Origin: Clostridia bacterium
GTDB lineage: Bacteria; Bacillota; Clostridia; TANB77; CAG-465
NCBI GenBank assembly: GCA_026415435.1
Contig: JAOAHC010000001.1
Coordinates: forward strand, 36,273-68,272
DNA length: 32,000 bases
Reading direction: 5' to 3'
Positions 14,457-24,500 of this stretch are shown here, in pieces (position 1 is the stretch's first letter; each line of letters begins with the position of its first letter). A program made the translations under genes and the position numbers. Under the pieces are notes generated by a model that saw only the letters and a program-made list of their open reading frames with translations, had not been told where the DNA came from and did no database searches.

Positions 14457-16562
14457 ATGAGGAAAATGAAAAAATCAGGGATTTCATTGATAGTACTAAT
14501 AATAACTATAATCGTTATAATAATACTTGCGGGGGCAGTTATATTAAGTTTAACTGAAAATAATCCAATAGAGCAAGCTTCAAAAGCTAGATTTTTAAAT
14601 GATCTAGATAGTTTTCAGATGGAACTTAATTTATATAAAACTAATCAATTTTCTAATTCAGTAGGTCGATTTGATCCTACTAAATTACAAGCTGATAAAA
14701 ATAGAATTATATATGATGGTGTTGAAGATACAAGTAAAACAATAAACGATATAATTGCATCTTTAAAAAATAATACAACATATGTAAATGAGTTTGAAAT
14801 AATAAACGGGCAATTAGTATATATGGGTGTGGCTAGTAATAAAAAAGAATGGGCAAGTCAAATTGGTATAACTTCTAAAAATGCAGAACCTCAAGTTATA
14901 ATTGGTATACCAGATACACAATTAGTAGCACAAGGAACAGATATAGTTTATCCAATAGAATTTTCTTCAAATGTAGCAATAACGGGTATAAATTTAGCTG
15001 GCAAAATAGAGGTTATAAATGAAAATAATTCAGTTGTATCACCACAACCAGAAATTGTAGTAGGTGATCCTAGTGGTACAAATTCAGATAAAATAAGAAC
15101 ATTAGATGTAACAATAAAAACAACTAATTTAGCAAACGGCATATATAAATTAAAAATAAAAGCTGGAGCTATAACAAATTTAAATAATGTTACAACAACA
15201 AAAGATGCAGTAGCTTTGTTTAGTGTTGAAGTAGATAACACAGCTCCTAGTAATCCAACAATAGAAGCTAGTACAACGTCTTGGACAAATCAAGATGTAA
15301 CGGTAACAATAACATATCCATCAGATGCAGTAATAAAAGAATATAGTTTAGACGGAATATCATGGAGTGCATATACAACTGAACTTGTAGTATCAACAAA
15401 CAATACAACAGTATATGCAAGAGCAAAAGATCAAGTGGGTAATCAAAGTGGTCAAACAACACATACGGTGGCAAATATAGATAAAACAAAGCCGGTTATA
15501 GCCTTAAATGGAAGTTCAAGTGTGTTAGTAGTAAAAGGTTCAGCGTATACAGAACAAGGAGCAACAGTTACTGATGATTTAGATACAAATATTCAATCAA
15601 AATTAGTTATAACAGGTTCAGTTAATACTGCAGTAGAAGGTTCATATATAGTAAAATATAATGTGACAGATGCTGCAGGAAATGCTGCAGTTGAAGTAAG
15701 TAGAACAGTTAACGTTGCAAATTCAGAATATACTTTTAATTATACAGGAGCTTCTCAGACATTTGTAGTACCTTATTCGGGTACATATAAGATAGAATGT
15801 TGGGGAGCACAAGGTGGCGGAACTGGCGGACTAGGTGGATATACAAGTGGTAATGTAGTATTAACTAAAGATATGAATTTGTATATTTATGTTGGATCAG
15901 CCGGATCAGAAAGTGTTAATCCATATACTAGTGATTCAGGAACAAGATTTAACGGAGGAGCAGGTGGCGGATACTTTACATATGCGTCATATCCAGTTAG
16001 GGTACCAGGTGGCGGTGGCGCAACTGATGTAAGATTAAATAGTGGAAATTGGAATGATATCACAGGTCTTAGATCTAGAATTATGGTTGCCGGTGGCGGC
16101 GGCGGTGGAGCATCTTCATTACTAGGCGGAGTAGGCGGAAATACAAGTGGCGGTAATGGTGTTAGAGGCTCTACTGGAGGAGCAGTTATCGGAGGTGGAG
16201 GAACTCAAACTTCCGGAGGAACTAGTAATATATATACAGGATCTTTTGGTTCTGGAGGAAGTGGATATATAAGTAATCCAACTGCACCTAATAATAATGA
16301 TGGAACCGGTGGTGGCGGTGGCTATTATGGCGGCGGTGGTGGCTATGGTGGAGTAGCTGTAGGTACTCAATCTGGTAATGCTGCTACAGGTGGTGGAGGA
16401 TCATCATTTATATCTGGATATTCTGGATGTAATGCCGTAAATGCTTCGGGAGTACATACTGGTCAACCTGTACATTATTCAGGGATATCATTTACAGCAG
16501 CAACAATGCAAGCTGGTATAAGAAGTGGTAATGGTATAGTAAAAATAACTCCTATTTCATAG
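14457..16562 (+). CDS. large surface/secreted protein: prepilin-like N-terminal helix, Ig-like modules and a C-terminal glycine-rich (ALK/LTK Gly_rich-type) domain
   Basis: AAAGGAGA RBS. The N-terminus MRKMKKSG/ISLIVLIITIIVIIILAGAVIL resembles a class III (prepilin) signal. Beta-rich modules begin at DNTAPSNP (~15234) and DKTKP (~15479); the latter, VIALNGSS...YTEQGATVTDD...GSYIVKYNVTDAAGN, is DUF5011/Ig-like. From ~15730: YTFNYTGASQTFVVPYSGTYKIECWGAQGGGTGGLGGY, followed by many Gly runs. Confidence 0.75.
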   Translation: MRKMKKSGISLIVLIITIIVIIILAGAVILSLTENNPIEQASKARFLNDLDSFQMELNLYKTNQFSNSVGRFDPTKLQADKNRIIYDGVEDTSKTINDIIASLKNNTTYVNEFEIINGQLVYMGVASNKKEWASQIGITSKNAEPQVIIGIPDTQLVAQGTDIVYPIEFSSNVAITGINLAGKIEVINENNSVVSPQPEIVVGDPSGTNSDKIRTLDVTIKTTNLANGIYKLKIKAGAITNLNNVTTTKDAVALFSVEVDNTAPSNPTIEASTTSWTNQDVTVTITYPSDAVIKEYSLDGISWSAYTTELVVSTNNTTVYARAKDQVGNQSGQTTHTVANIDKTKPVIALNGSSSVLVVKGSAYTEQGATVTDDLDTNIQSKLVITGSVNTAVEGSYIVKYNVTDAAGNAAVEVSRTVNVANSEYTFNYTGASQTFVVPYSGTYKIECWGAQGGGTGGLGGYTSGNVVLTKDMNLYIYVGSAGSESVNPYTSDSGTRFNGGAGGGYFTYASYPVRVPGGGGATDVRLNSGNWNDITGLRSRIMVAGGGGGGASSLLGGVGGNTSGGNGVRGSTGGAVIGGGGTQTSGGTSNIYTGSFGSGGSGYISNPTAPNNNDGTGGGGGYYGGGGGYGGVAVGTQSGNAATGGGGSSFISGYSGCNAVNASGVHTGQPVHYSGISFTAATMQAGIRSGNGIVKITPIS

Positions 16563-16600
16563 AAAATAAGTAAAATATAAAGAAAAAAATTTGAATTTAA

Positions 16601-16640
16601 AAAACACTGATTCAACCTTATGGTGAATCAGTGTTTTTCA
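16601..16640. terminator. bidirectional rho-independent terminator
   Basis: Perfect 14-bp stem AAAACACTGATTCA / TGAATCAGTGTTTT with loop ACCTTATGG. It lies between convergent genes. Confidence 0.85.
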
Positions 16641-16651
16641 ATTAATATAAT

Positions 16652-16945
16652 TTACTTCTTTTGTGACCAATATTTTTTTGCTTCATCTTCTAAAACAGCT
16701 AATCTTATGTAGTAGTCTGGAAATTCCTTTAAATGCGCTAGTGCTATTTTACCGGTTAATATTGGATTATCATTAGTAACGTTAGTAGCAGGCGATATTT
16801 TACCGTGTTCTAATTCTACATTTAATCCTTTTTGAAATTGCTCTAAGTTGAATTTCTCATTGTTAAAGTTTATACCTAATTGATATGCTATATTTTTTGC
16901 TTCTTCAAGTGTAAAACTTTTTTTTACAGTATTATAGTTATTCAT
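16652..16945 (-). CDS. small conserved protein, DUF5661-like (97 aa)
   Basis: The motif LNVELEHGKISPATNVTNDNPILTGKIALAHLKEFPDYYIRL matches my recollection of the DUF5661 family. TAGGAGG RBS. Confidence 0.5.
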   Translation of the reverse strand: MNNYNTVKKSFTLEEAKNIAYQLGINFNNEKFNLEQFQKGLNVELEHGKISPATNVTNDNPILTGKIALAHLKEFPDYYIRLAVLEDEAKKYWSQKK

Positions 16946-17032
16946 AGATAACCTCCTATATTGTGTATGATATACTCTATGAATAAAAATAAATTATAAT
17001 ACCTTTAACTTTAATTTATTTGCTTATATATT

Positions 17033-19360
17033 CTATTTTATACAAATAGCTTTATCTTCTATATCTAGTTTAAACTCTGTATTTTCTTTAATATTACCTT
17101 TTATATATTCAATTGCAATTAGATCTTCAATATATTTTTGGATGGATCTATTAAGTGGTCTTGCTCCGAATTTTGAGTCGTATCCTTTATTTACAATAAA
17201 TTCAATAACTGGTTTTGAGTAAGTAAATATAATATTTCTGTCTTTTGTTTCTTTTTGTAATTTCTTTAACATTAAATCAGTAATGCTTATAATATTTTCA
17301 TAAGATAATTTTTTAAATATTATAATATCATCAATTCTATTTAAAAATTCAGGACTAAAGAAATCTTTTAGACTATCATTTACTTTGCTATCAAGCATAT
17401 TATCGTCTATTGCGGAATTGCTAAAACCATATCCATCACTTTTAAAGTTAGTACCTAAATTTGATGTTAAGATTATAACTGTATGTTTAAAAGATACACT
17501 TCTACCTTGTGAATCAGTTAGTATTCCTTCATCTAATATTTGTAGAAGTATATTGTAGATACTTTGATGAGCTTTCTCTATTTCATCAAAAAGTATTATA
17601 CTATATGGATTTCTTCTTACTTTTTCAGTTAAACCACCAGCTTCATCATATCCTACATAACCAGGAGGTGCACCTATAAGTTTAGATACACTATGTTGTT
17701 CCATATATTCTGACATATCCATCCTTATAATGCTATCTTCTTTATCAAAAAGTTCATATGCAAGTGCTTTAACTAGAGCAGTTTTACCAACACCTGTAGG
17801 TCCTACGAAGATAAATGAAGGCGGTTTTTCTATACTTTTAATACTTGCTCTTTTTCTTAATATAGCGTTAGATAAAAGTTCAATAGCATGATCTTGACCA
17901 ATTATTCTTTTTTTAAGGTTATCTTTTAAGTTTAGAAGTTTTTCTGTCTCACCAGTTTTTATTTTGGCTACAGGTATTTTAGTCCAAAGTTCTATAACCT
18001 TTGCTAAATCATCTTCACTAACTATTCTTGGTTTTACTTTCTTTTTTAAACCGTCTAATTCAGTTTGCAGTTTACATTCAACTTCTTTTATTTTAGCTGC
18101 CCTTTCAAAAGTAGTGATTTCACTTTCACCTTTTGTAGTATCTGTTTCCATGTTTTCTTCTAAATCTTTGATTTCAGATTCCACATTTTTTAATTTATTT
18201 TCAATTTTTTCAATCTGTGAAAGAAGAATATCATCTAAATTAACTCTAGAACATGCCTCATCTAATAGGTCAATTGCTTTATCAGGTAAAAATCTATCAT
18301 GTATGTATTTATCAGATAGATTGATACATTTTTTTAATATCTCATCAGATATTGTAACTTTGTGAAAATCTTCATAATATTTTTTTGTACCTTTTAATAT
18401 TTCGTAGCAATCATTAAAAGTAGGTTCATCTACAATTATGGGTTGAAATCTTCTTTCTAGGGCACTATCTTTTTCAATACTTTTTCTGTATTCTTTCAAG
18501 GTAGTAGCACCTATAAGTTGAACAGAACCGTTGGCTAGCGCTGGTTTTAGCATATTTGCGGCATTCATTGAGTTGTCATGTTCTAAGCCACCAGCAATAT
18601 TGTGAACTTCGTCAATAGCTATAATAACGTTACCTAGAGATTTACATTCATCAATTATTCCCTTAATACGTGATTCAAATTGTCCTCTAAACTGTGTACC
18701 AGCTACAAGTGAAGTCATATCTATTAAATATAGCTCTTTATTTATTAATTTAGATGGAACATCTCCATTAACTATAGCAATTGCCAGTGCATTTATAATA
18801 GCGGTCTTACCGACACCAGGTTCACCAATTAGAGCTGGATTATTTTTACTTCTTCTATTTAGTATTTGAACCATTCTTTGTAATTCTTTATCACGACCTA
18901 TAACCTTATCTAACTCGTTATTTCTTGCTTTCGCAGTTAGATTAGTTCCAAATGTATCTAAATATTTTGTTTTAGGTAATTTTTTTGATTTTTTCTTAGA
19001 TTCTTCTTCAGATTGTGTTTCTATAACATTTCCAAAAACCTTATTATCTTCAACATCTAAATCATCTTCAGAATTTGACTGGGAATTAAACATATTTAGA
19101 TTAAATGGCATTTTTTCAATCTTTTCGATCATTTCAGGATCCATTGAATCTATCATTGAGCTAAATTTACTTGAAAAATTATTTAGATCTTCTTCAGATA
19201 TATTTTTCATTTGATCCATTAGACCAGAAAAAGGATCTATACCTCGTGCTTTAGCGCAATCTAAACATAACCCTTCAGTTGTCCCACTCGGTTTACCGTC
19301 ACTTTTTAATTTATTTATAAATATTACTGCCATATTTTTTTTACATGCAGAACATACCAT
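17033..19360 (-). CDS. clpE: ClpE-like class I AAA+ unfoldase (Clp ATPase with N-terminal zinc ribbon)
   Basis: Two Walker A sites (GEPGVGKT, GPTGVGKT), a short coiled-coil linker and a GYGF ClpP-loop-like motif. The N-terminus has CSAC...CLDC instead of Clp_N repeats. I chose the start at MVCSACKK (19360, GGAG upstream) over the ORF-track 19414, which has no RBS. Confidence 0.75.
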   Translation of the reverse strand: MVCSACKKNMAVIFINKLKSDGKPSGTTEGLCLDCAKARGIDPFSGLMDQMKNISEEDLNNFSSKFSSMIDSMDPEMIEKIEKMPFNLNMFNSQSNSEDDLDVEDNKVFGNVIETQSEEESKKKSKKLPKTKYLDTFGTNLTAKARNNELDKVIGRDKELQRMVQILNRRSKNNPALIGEPGVGKTAIINALAIAIVNGDVPSKLINKELYLIDMTSLVAGTQFRGQFESRIKGIIDECKSLGNVIIAIDEVHNIAGGLEHDNSMNAANMLKPALANGSVQLIGATTLKEYRKSIEKDSALERRFQPIIVDEPTFNDCYEILKGTKKYYEDFHKVTISDEILKKCINLSDKYIHDRFLPDKAIDLLDEACSRVNLDDILLSQIEKIENKLKNVESEIKDLEENMETDTTKGESEITTFERAAKIKEVECKLQTELDGLKKKVKPRIVSEDDLAKVIELWTKIPVAKIKTGETEKLLNLKDNLKKRIIGQDHAIELLSNAILRKRASIKSIEKPPSFIFVGPTGVGKTALVKALAYELFDKEDSIIRMDMSEYMEQHSVSKLIGAPPGYVGYDEAGGLTEKVRRNPYSIILFDEIEKAHQSIYNILLQILDEGILTDSQGRSVSFKHTVIILTSNLGTNFKSDGYGFSNSAIDDNMLDSKVNDSLKDFFSPEFLNRIDDIIIFKKLSYENIISITDLMLKKLQKETKDRNIIFTYSKPVIEFIVNKGYDSKFGARPLNRSIQKYIEDLIAIEYIKGNIKENTEFKLDIEDKAICIK

Positions 19361-19560
19361 ATTTTTATCAACTCCATTAATATATTTTAAACTAAAATAG
19401 TAATTATATAACAATATACTAAATTATACTGAAATAGTATAACATATATTAAAAATAAATACAATATATTTAGTATTGTGTAAAATCAGCACTGGAAAAA
19501 TCTATTTATAAAACAAAAAAAGTATAATTTTATTAAAATATGTTTTTGTAAAAACAAAAC

Positions 19561-19589
19561 TTTACTTTTTTCAAAAAATGTAGTATAAT
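19561..19589 (+). promoter_or_regulatory. candidate promoter for the ATPase pseudogene
   Basis: TTTACT (19561-19566), 17-nt spacer, TATAAT (19584-19589). Confidence 0.5.
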
Positions 19590-19610
19590 ATTATTAGGTG
19601 GTAATTAAAA

Positions 19611-20814
19611 ATGAAAAATAGAGAATATTACTTAAATAAATTATTAAGTTTTAAAGATACAGATTTAATAAAAATAATAACAGGAGTAAGAAGATGTGGC
19701 AAATCATCTCTTCTAATACTATTTAAAGAGTATCTTTTAAATTCACGGAGTAAAAGAAGAAAATATAATACATATTAATTTTGAATCTTTGGAATATAGT
19801 GAAATAGAAGACTACAAGGATTTGTATAATTATGTTAAAACTAGAATATTATCAGGAAAATATTATATATTATTAGATGAAATTCAAGAAATAACTGGTT
19901 GGGAAAAAGCCTTGAGATCTTTTAGAGTGGATTTTGAATGTGATATCTACGCAACTAGTTCAAATGCTCATTTGTTGTCTGGCGAACTTGCTACTTATTT
20001 AAGTGGTAGGTGTATTCAAATAAAAATGCTACCATTATCTTTTAAAGAATATTTAGAGTTTAATGAGTTTGATAGTAACATGACAATAGAGGATAAATTT
20101 TATAAGTATTTAAAATTTGGAGGACTACCATCATTAAGTAATCTATTGGATATTGATTCAGTACGAACAGACTACTTAAAAGATATATATGATATGGTTT
20201 TAAAAAGGGATGTTATAGCTAGAAATAATATACAAGATATAGGTTTACTTGAAAAAATAGTTTTATTTATAAGTCAGAATATAGGTAGTATTGTATCAAG
20301 TAAAAAAATAAGTGATTATCTAGTAAGTAATAGAACTATTACAACACATAATACAGTAGATAACTATTTAAAATTCTTAGAAAATGCATATATAATATAT
20401 AAAGTTTCAAGATATGACATAAAGGGGAAGCAACTACTTAAAACTTTAGGAAAATATTATATTGTTGATACTGGAATACGAAATGCAATAATAGGGTATA
20501 GGGAAGATGATATAGGACACGTATTAGAAAATATTATATTTTTGGAATTAATAAGAAGGGGATATCAGGTAACAATAGGAAAAAATAACGATAATGAAAT
20601 TGATTTTATAGCTATAAATGATAAAACAAAAAAATATTATCAGGTAACTAAAACGTTACTTAATGAAAATGTTTTAGTTAGAGAAAAGAGAGCTCTTGAC
20701 TCGACATATGACCATTTTGAAAAGATAATATTATCTTTAGATAAAACATATCTCGAAAGTTCTGAAAATGGTATAAAGTACGAAAATATTATAGACTTTT
20801 TACTTAAAGAATAA
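19611..20814 (+). pseudogene. AAA-family ATPase with DUF4143-type C-terminus (COG1373-like), interrupted by a frameshift
   Basis: ATG 19611 (AGGTGG RBS) encodes MKNREYYLNKLLSFKDTDLIKIITGVRRCGKSSLLILFKEYLLN (Walker A) and then stops at 19776-19778. The +1 frame, open from 19741, reads HGVKEENIIHINFESLEYSEIEDYKDL... and continues to 20814. The frame change maps to about 19735-19745. Confidence 0.75.
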
Positions 20815-20842
20815 TAGACATATATATTTAATACAATTTAAT

Positions 20843-20882
20843 AAAGGAATTCTAAAATGCATTAGAGTTCCTTTATTTTTCT
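20843..20882 (+). terminator. rho-independent terminator
   Basis: 13-bp stem AAAGGAATTCTAA / TTAGAGTTCCTTT with one G-U pair, loop AATGCA, then TATTTTTCTTT. Confidence 0.7.
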
Positions 20883-20910
20883 TTACATGTTAACATGTAC
20901 ATGATATAAT
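20882..20910 (+). promoter_or_regulatory. promoter of scpB-addB with an embedded 14-bp palindrome
   Basis: TTTACA (20882-20887), 17-nt spacer, TGaTATAAT (20902-20910). The perfect palindrome ACATGTTAACATGT (20885-20898) overlaps the -35 element and the spacer. Confidence 0.6.
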
Positions 20911-20934
20911 TATTAAAAAAATGGAGGATTTTGT

Positions 20935-21498
20935 ATGGATATGGAAAAAATTGATAATTTGATAGAATCAGTATTATTTGCTTTAGGACGTGATATATCA
21001 ATAGAGGAGCTAAGTAATACTTTAAATATAGATAAAATTGATATAGAAAACAGTTTGAAAAAATTGGAAAATAAATATAGTGGAGAAAGTGGAATATTAC
21101 TTACGAAGATTAAGGATGCCTATCAGTTTATAACAAATAAAATGTATTATCCTTATGTTGTTAAGTTTACTGAGACAAGTAAAAGGCAAAATTTATCTCC
21201 TGCAGTTTTAGAAACCCTTAGTATTATTGCATATAATCCAAAAATAACTAAATCTGAAATAGAAAATATACGTGGGGTAAGTAGTGATTTTGCAGTGGGT
21301 AGACTTTTAGAGTGTGGCCTTATAGAGGAAGTATGCAGATTAAATCTTCCTGGTAAACCAGCAGCGTACGCAGTAACAAAAGACTTTTTAAAATCATGTG
21401 GTATTGAAGACATTTCTGAGTTGCCAGATTTTGAAAATTTAAAAATTGGTGATGAACAATTATTAATATCAGACATTGAAAATAGTGAACAAAAATAG
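20935..21498 (+). CDS. scpB: segregation and condensation protein B (SMC-ScpAB complex subunit)
   Basis: IESVLFALGRDISIEELS..., LSPAVLETLSIIAYNPKITKSEIENIRGVSSDFAVGRLLECGLIEE and LPGKPAAYAVTKDFLKSCGI match the two winged-helix ScpB motifs. GGAGG RBS. Confidence 0.85.
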   Translation: MDMEKIDNLIESVLFALGRDISIEELSNTLNIDKIDIENSLKKLENKYSGESGILLTKIKDAYQFITNKMYYPYVVKFTETSKRQNLSPAVLETLSIIAYNPKITKSEIENIRGVSSDFAVGRLLECGLIEEVCRLNLPGKPAAYAVTKDFLKSCGIEDISELPDFENLKIGDEQLLISDIENSEQK

Positions 21499-21513
21499 TA
21501 AAGTGGTGATAAT

Positions 21514-24500
21514 ATGAATTTAAATATAGTGCTTGGAGTGGGCAAAAGCGGTAAAAGCAAATATATTTATGATGAGATTGATGAAAAGATAAAAATGAAC
21601 AAATCAGCAGTGCTATTTGTACCTTCTCAGCTTAGAATGTTAGCTGAAGAAAATTACATGAGATTACAAAAAAAAGAGGGTATAATTGGCTTTGATATAA
21701 CTACTTTATCAGAATTTGTATCCGATTATCTTAATTTATATAAATTAACTTCAAATGATAACTATATAAGTAAATTAGATCGAAAACTTATTCTAACCAA
21801 ACTTATAACTGAAAATCCAAATATATTTAATATTTTTAGTAAGGTGAAAAATAGTTCTGGATTTATAGATATGTTAGATATATATATGGATATATTTAAA
21901 AAAGAAGATATTGATATAGAAAAACTTAGTGATATTATCTTAAAGGATAAGATATTAGAGTATAAGCTAAAAGAAATAATTGAAGTATATAAAAAATATA
22001 CTGAAGTTACAAATGAAAAATATGTTGATAGTGTGGATGAAACAACACTATTTTTAAAGGAAATTTCAAAAAGTACTAGTAATTTAAATAAAGATCTAGC
22101 TATATTTTTTGATGGGTATAACAATTTTAGTCAAAGTGAGCTTAAAGTTATAGATACTTTTTTAAGATTAGGTATAGATGTAACTATATCAATTAACACT
22201 AATATTACACCAGAGGATAATATAAATGAACAAATAGCTTTGGGAGGAATATTTAGTACATCAAATCTTACATATCTAAAATTAACTATACTGGGTAAAA
22301 AAAATGGTGCAAATATTAATATTAAAACCCTGTATGATAATTATTTGGATACGTCAAAAGATATAAAGCATATTGCTAAAAATATCTTTGTAAATGAGAT
22401 GTTACCTAAGGTTTTAGCTACTAATATTGAAATAAATTTAACTTCAAATATGTACACTGAAATAGAAAGTATAGTTAAGATAATTGATAAGAAAGTTAAA
22501 GAAGGATATAGATATAATGACTTTGTAATATATACTTCAAATGTAGAGGATTATTCTCATATAATTAGAAAAATAATGTATAAATATAATCAACCAGTGT
22601 ACATTAATGAAAAATATAGTATGGATACTAACATACTTGTAGTATATATAAAAAAGATGATAGGTATAGTTAGTACTGGTTTTGATAATGAAATGATTTT
22701 TGAATTATTAAAAACGGGTCTTACAGATATACCGTATGAAGATATTTGTTATATTGAAAACTATGTTTTAGAATTTAATGTAAATAAATATTCTTGGAAT
22801 AAAGAATTTAATTTAAATAATTCGAAAAAAGATTTAGTAATATATGATGTAGAAAAAATCAATCTAATAAGAAAACAGATATTAAATGTTTTTGGAGAGC
22901 TAATTAACATTGGAAATAAAAAAATCAGTGTAAAATCGCTAATTCAAAAAATATATGATAATCTAATAAACAACAACATTTTATTAAATTATGAAAAGCA
23001 CATAAATGATATGCTAGCGTCTGCTGATCCTGAACTTATTTATCTTTCTCAAATTTATGAGCAGGTATGGGAAAAACTGTGTGAAGTTTTTGATTCAATT
23101 ATAAAGATATATGAAGAAACAAACATAACTGTTAAGATGTTTAGAGATATTTTTGAATATTCCAGTAAATGTGTTGAATTAAAATCTGTTCCGCCAACAC
23201 TAGACAATATATCTGTACTTGATATAAATTCAAATAAATGTGAGCCTAAAAAATATATGTTTCTTGTTTCAGTAAATGAAAATAAGCTACCGTTAAAAGT
23301 TGATGAAGATGTATTTTTTTCTGATTTGGAGCTTTCAAAATTGGATAGTCAAAATATTATTTTTAAACAAAATAGTATTTCTAAAATAAATATGGAATTA
23401 TACAATATATACGAAGCTTTTAATAATGTAACAGAAAAATTGTACCTATTTATACCTGTTTCAGATTTAATGGGAAAATCACTAAGAAAATCTAGCATAA
23501 TAGAGAATATAACTCAATTAGTAGATGTAGAGATAAATGGTAATATTACAAGCACTGATGAAATTGATATGGATTTTAATGAAATATCTACAGTTAACGA
23601 TGCCTTTATGTATATGAGTAGAGAAACTATTAAGTTAGAAGAACATGACAATTTTAAAAATGAAAATACATTAGAAAAAGCTAGTAAAATTTTAGCAGTA
23701 TATAAATATTTAAATTCTAATTTAGATAATAAAACAAAAGAATATGTGGATATACTTAAGTATTATAAAAATGACGGTAATTTAAATATAAATACTATTG
23801 GAAAATTATATGGTAATGATTTAAAAACAAGTGTATCAAAACTTGAATTGTTTAAAAAATGCCCATTTTCATACTATATGAATTATGGATTAAATTTAAA
23901 ACCAAGAAAAATATATAGTATTTCAAGTATGGATATAGGTAGCTTTATGCACTCTGTTATAGAGCAATTTTCATTATATTTATTTCAAAATAGCGTTAAG
24001 TGGCATGAATTATTAATCACAAATGATAATACAACAAAACATTTAAAAGTATTAGATAATATTATTATAGATGAACTTGATGTTTCATTTAAAAACCACA
24101 AAGATAGTATAAAATATAATATTATAATGAGAAAATTAAAAAATACTCTAAATAAAGTAGTTTTAACCATTGCCAAAAGTTTTAATCAAAGTGAATTTGA
24201 ACCGTATGGATATGAAATAGAATTTAGAGAAGGTAAGCTTTTTGCCCCTATAATTATAAAATTAGATGACAGTAAAAGTATGCAGTTAGTAGGTAAAATA
24301 GATAGAATAGATACTTTGAAAATAGAGGATAAGCTATATACAAGAATAGTTGACTATAAGTCAAGCTCTAAAGATTTAAGTTTAGATGATATAAAAGAGG
24401 GGATATCCCTACAGCTTGTTACTTATTTAGATGCGTTTATGCAAAATATAGAAAAAAAAGAAAATGTTGAAGTAATACCTGCAGGTATGCTATATTTCAA

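Noticed and set aside
16122-16370. 82-aa minus-strand ORF opposite the glycine-rich domain
   Set aside because: It is the reverse complement of GGN-rich coding sequence, which gives a stop-poor Ser/Thr/Ala/Ile-rich frame. This is a compositional artefact.
19361-19610. CtsR operator upstream of the clpE-like gene
   Set aside because: No GGTCAAA/TTTGACC heptamer repeat is visible on either strand in this interval, so no regulatory site is annotated.
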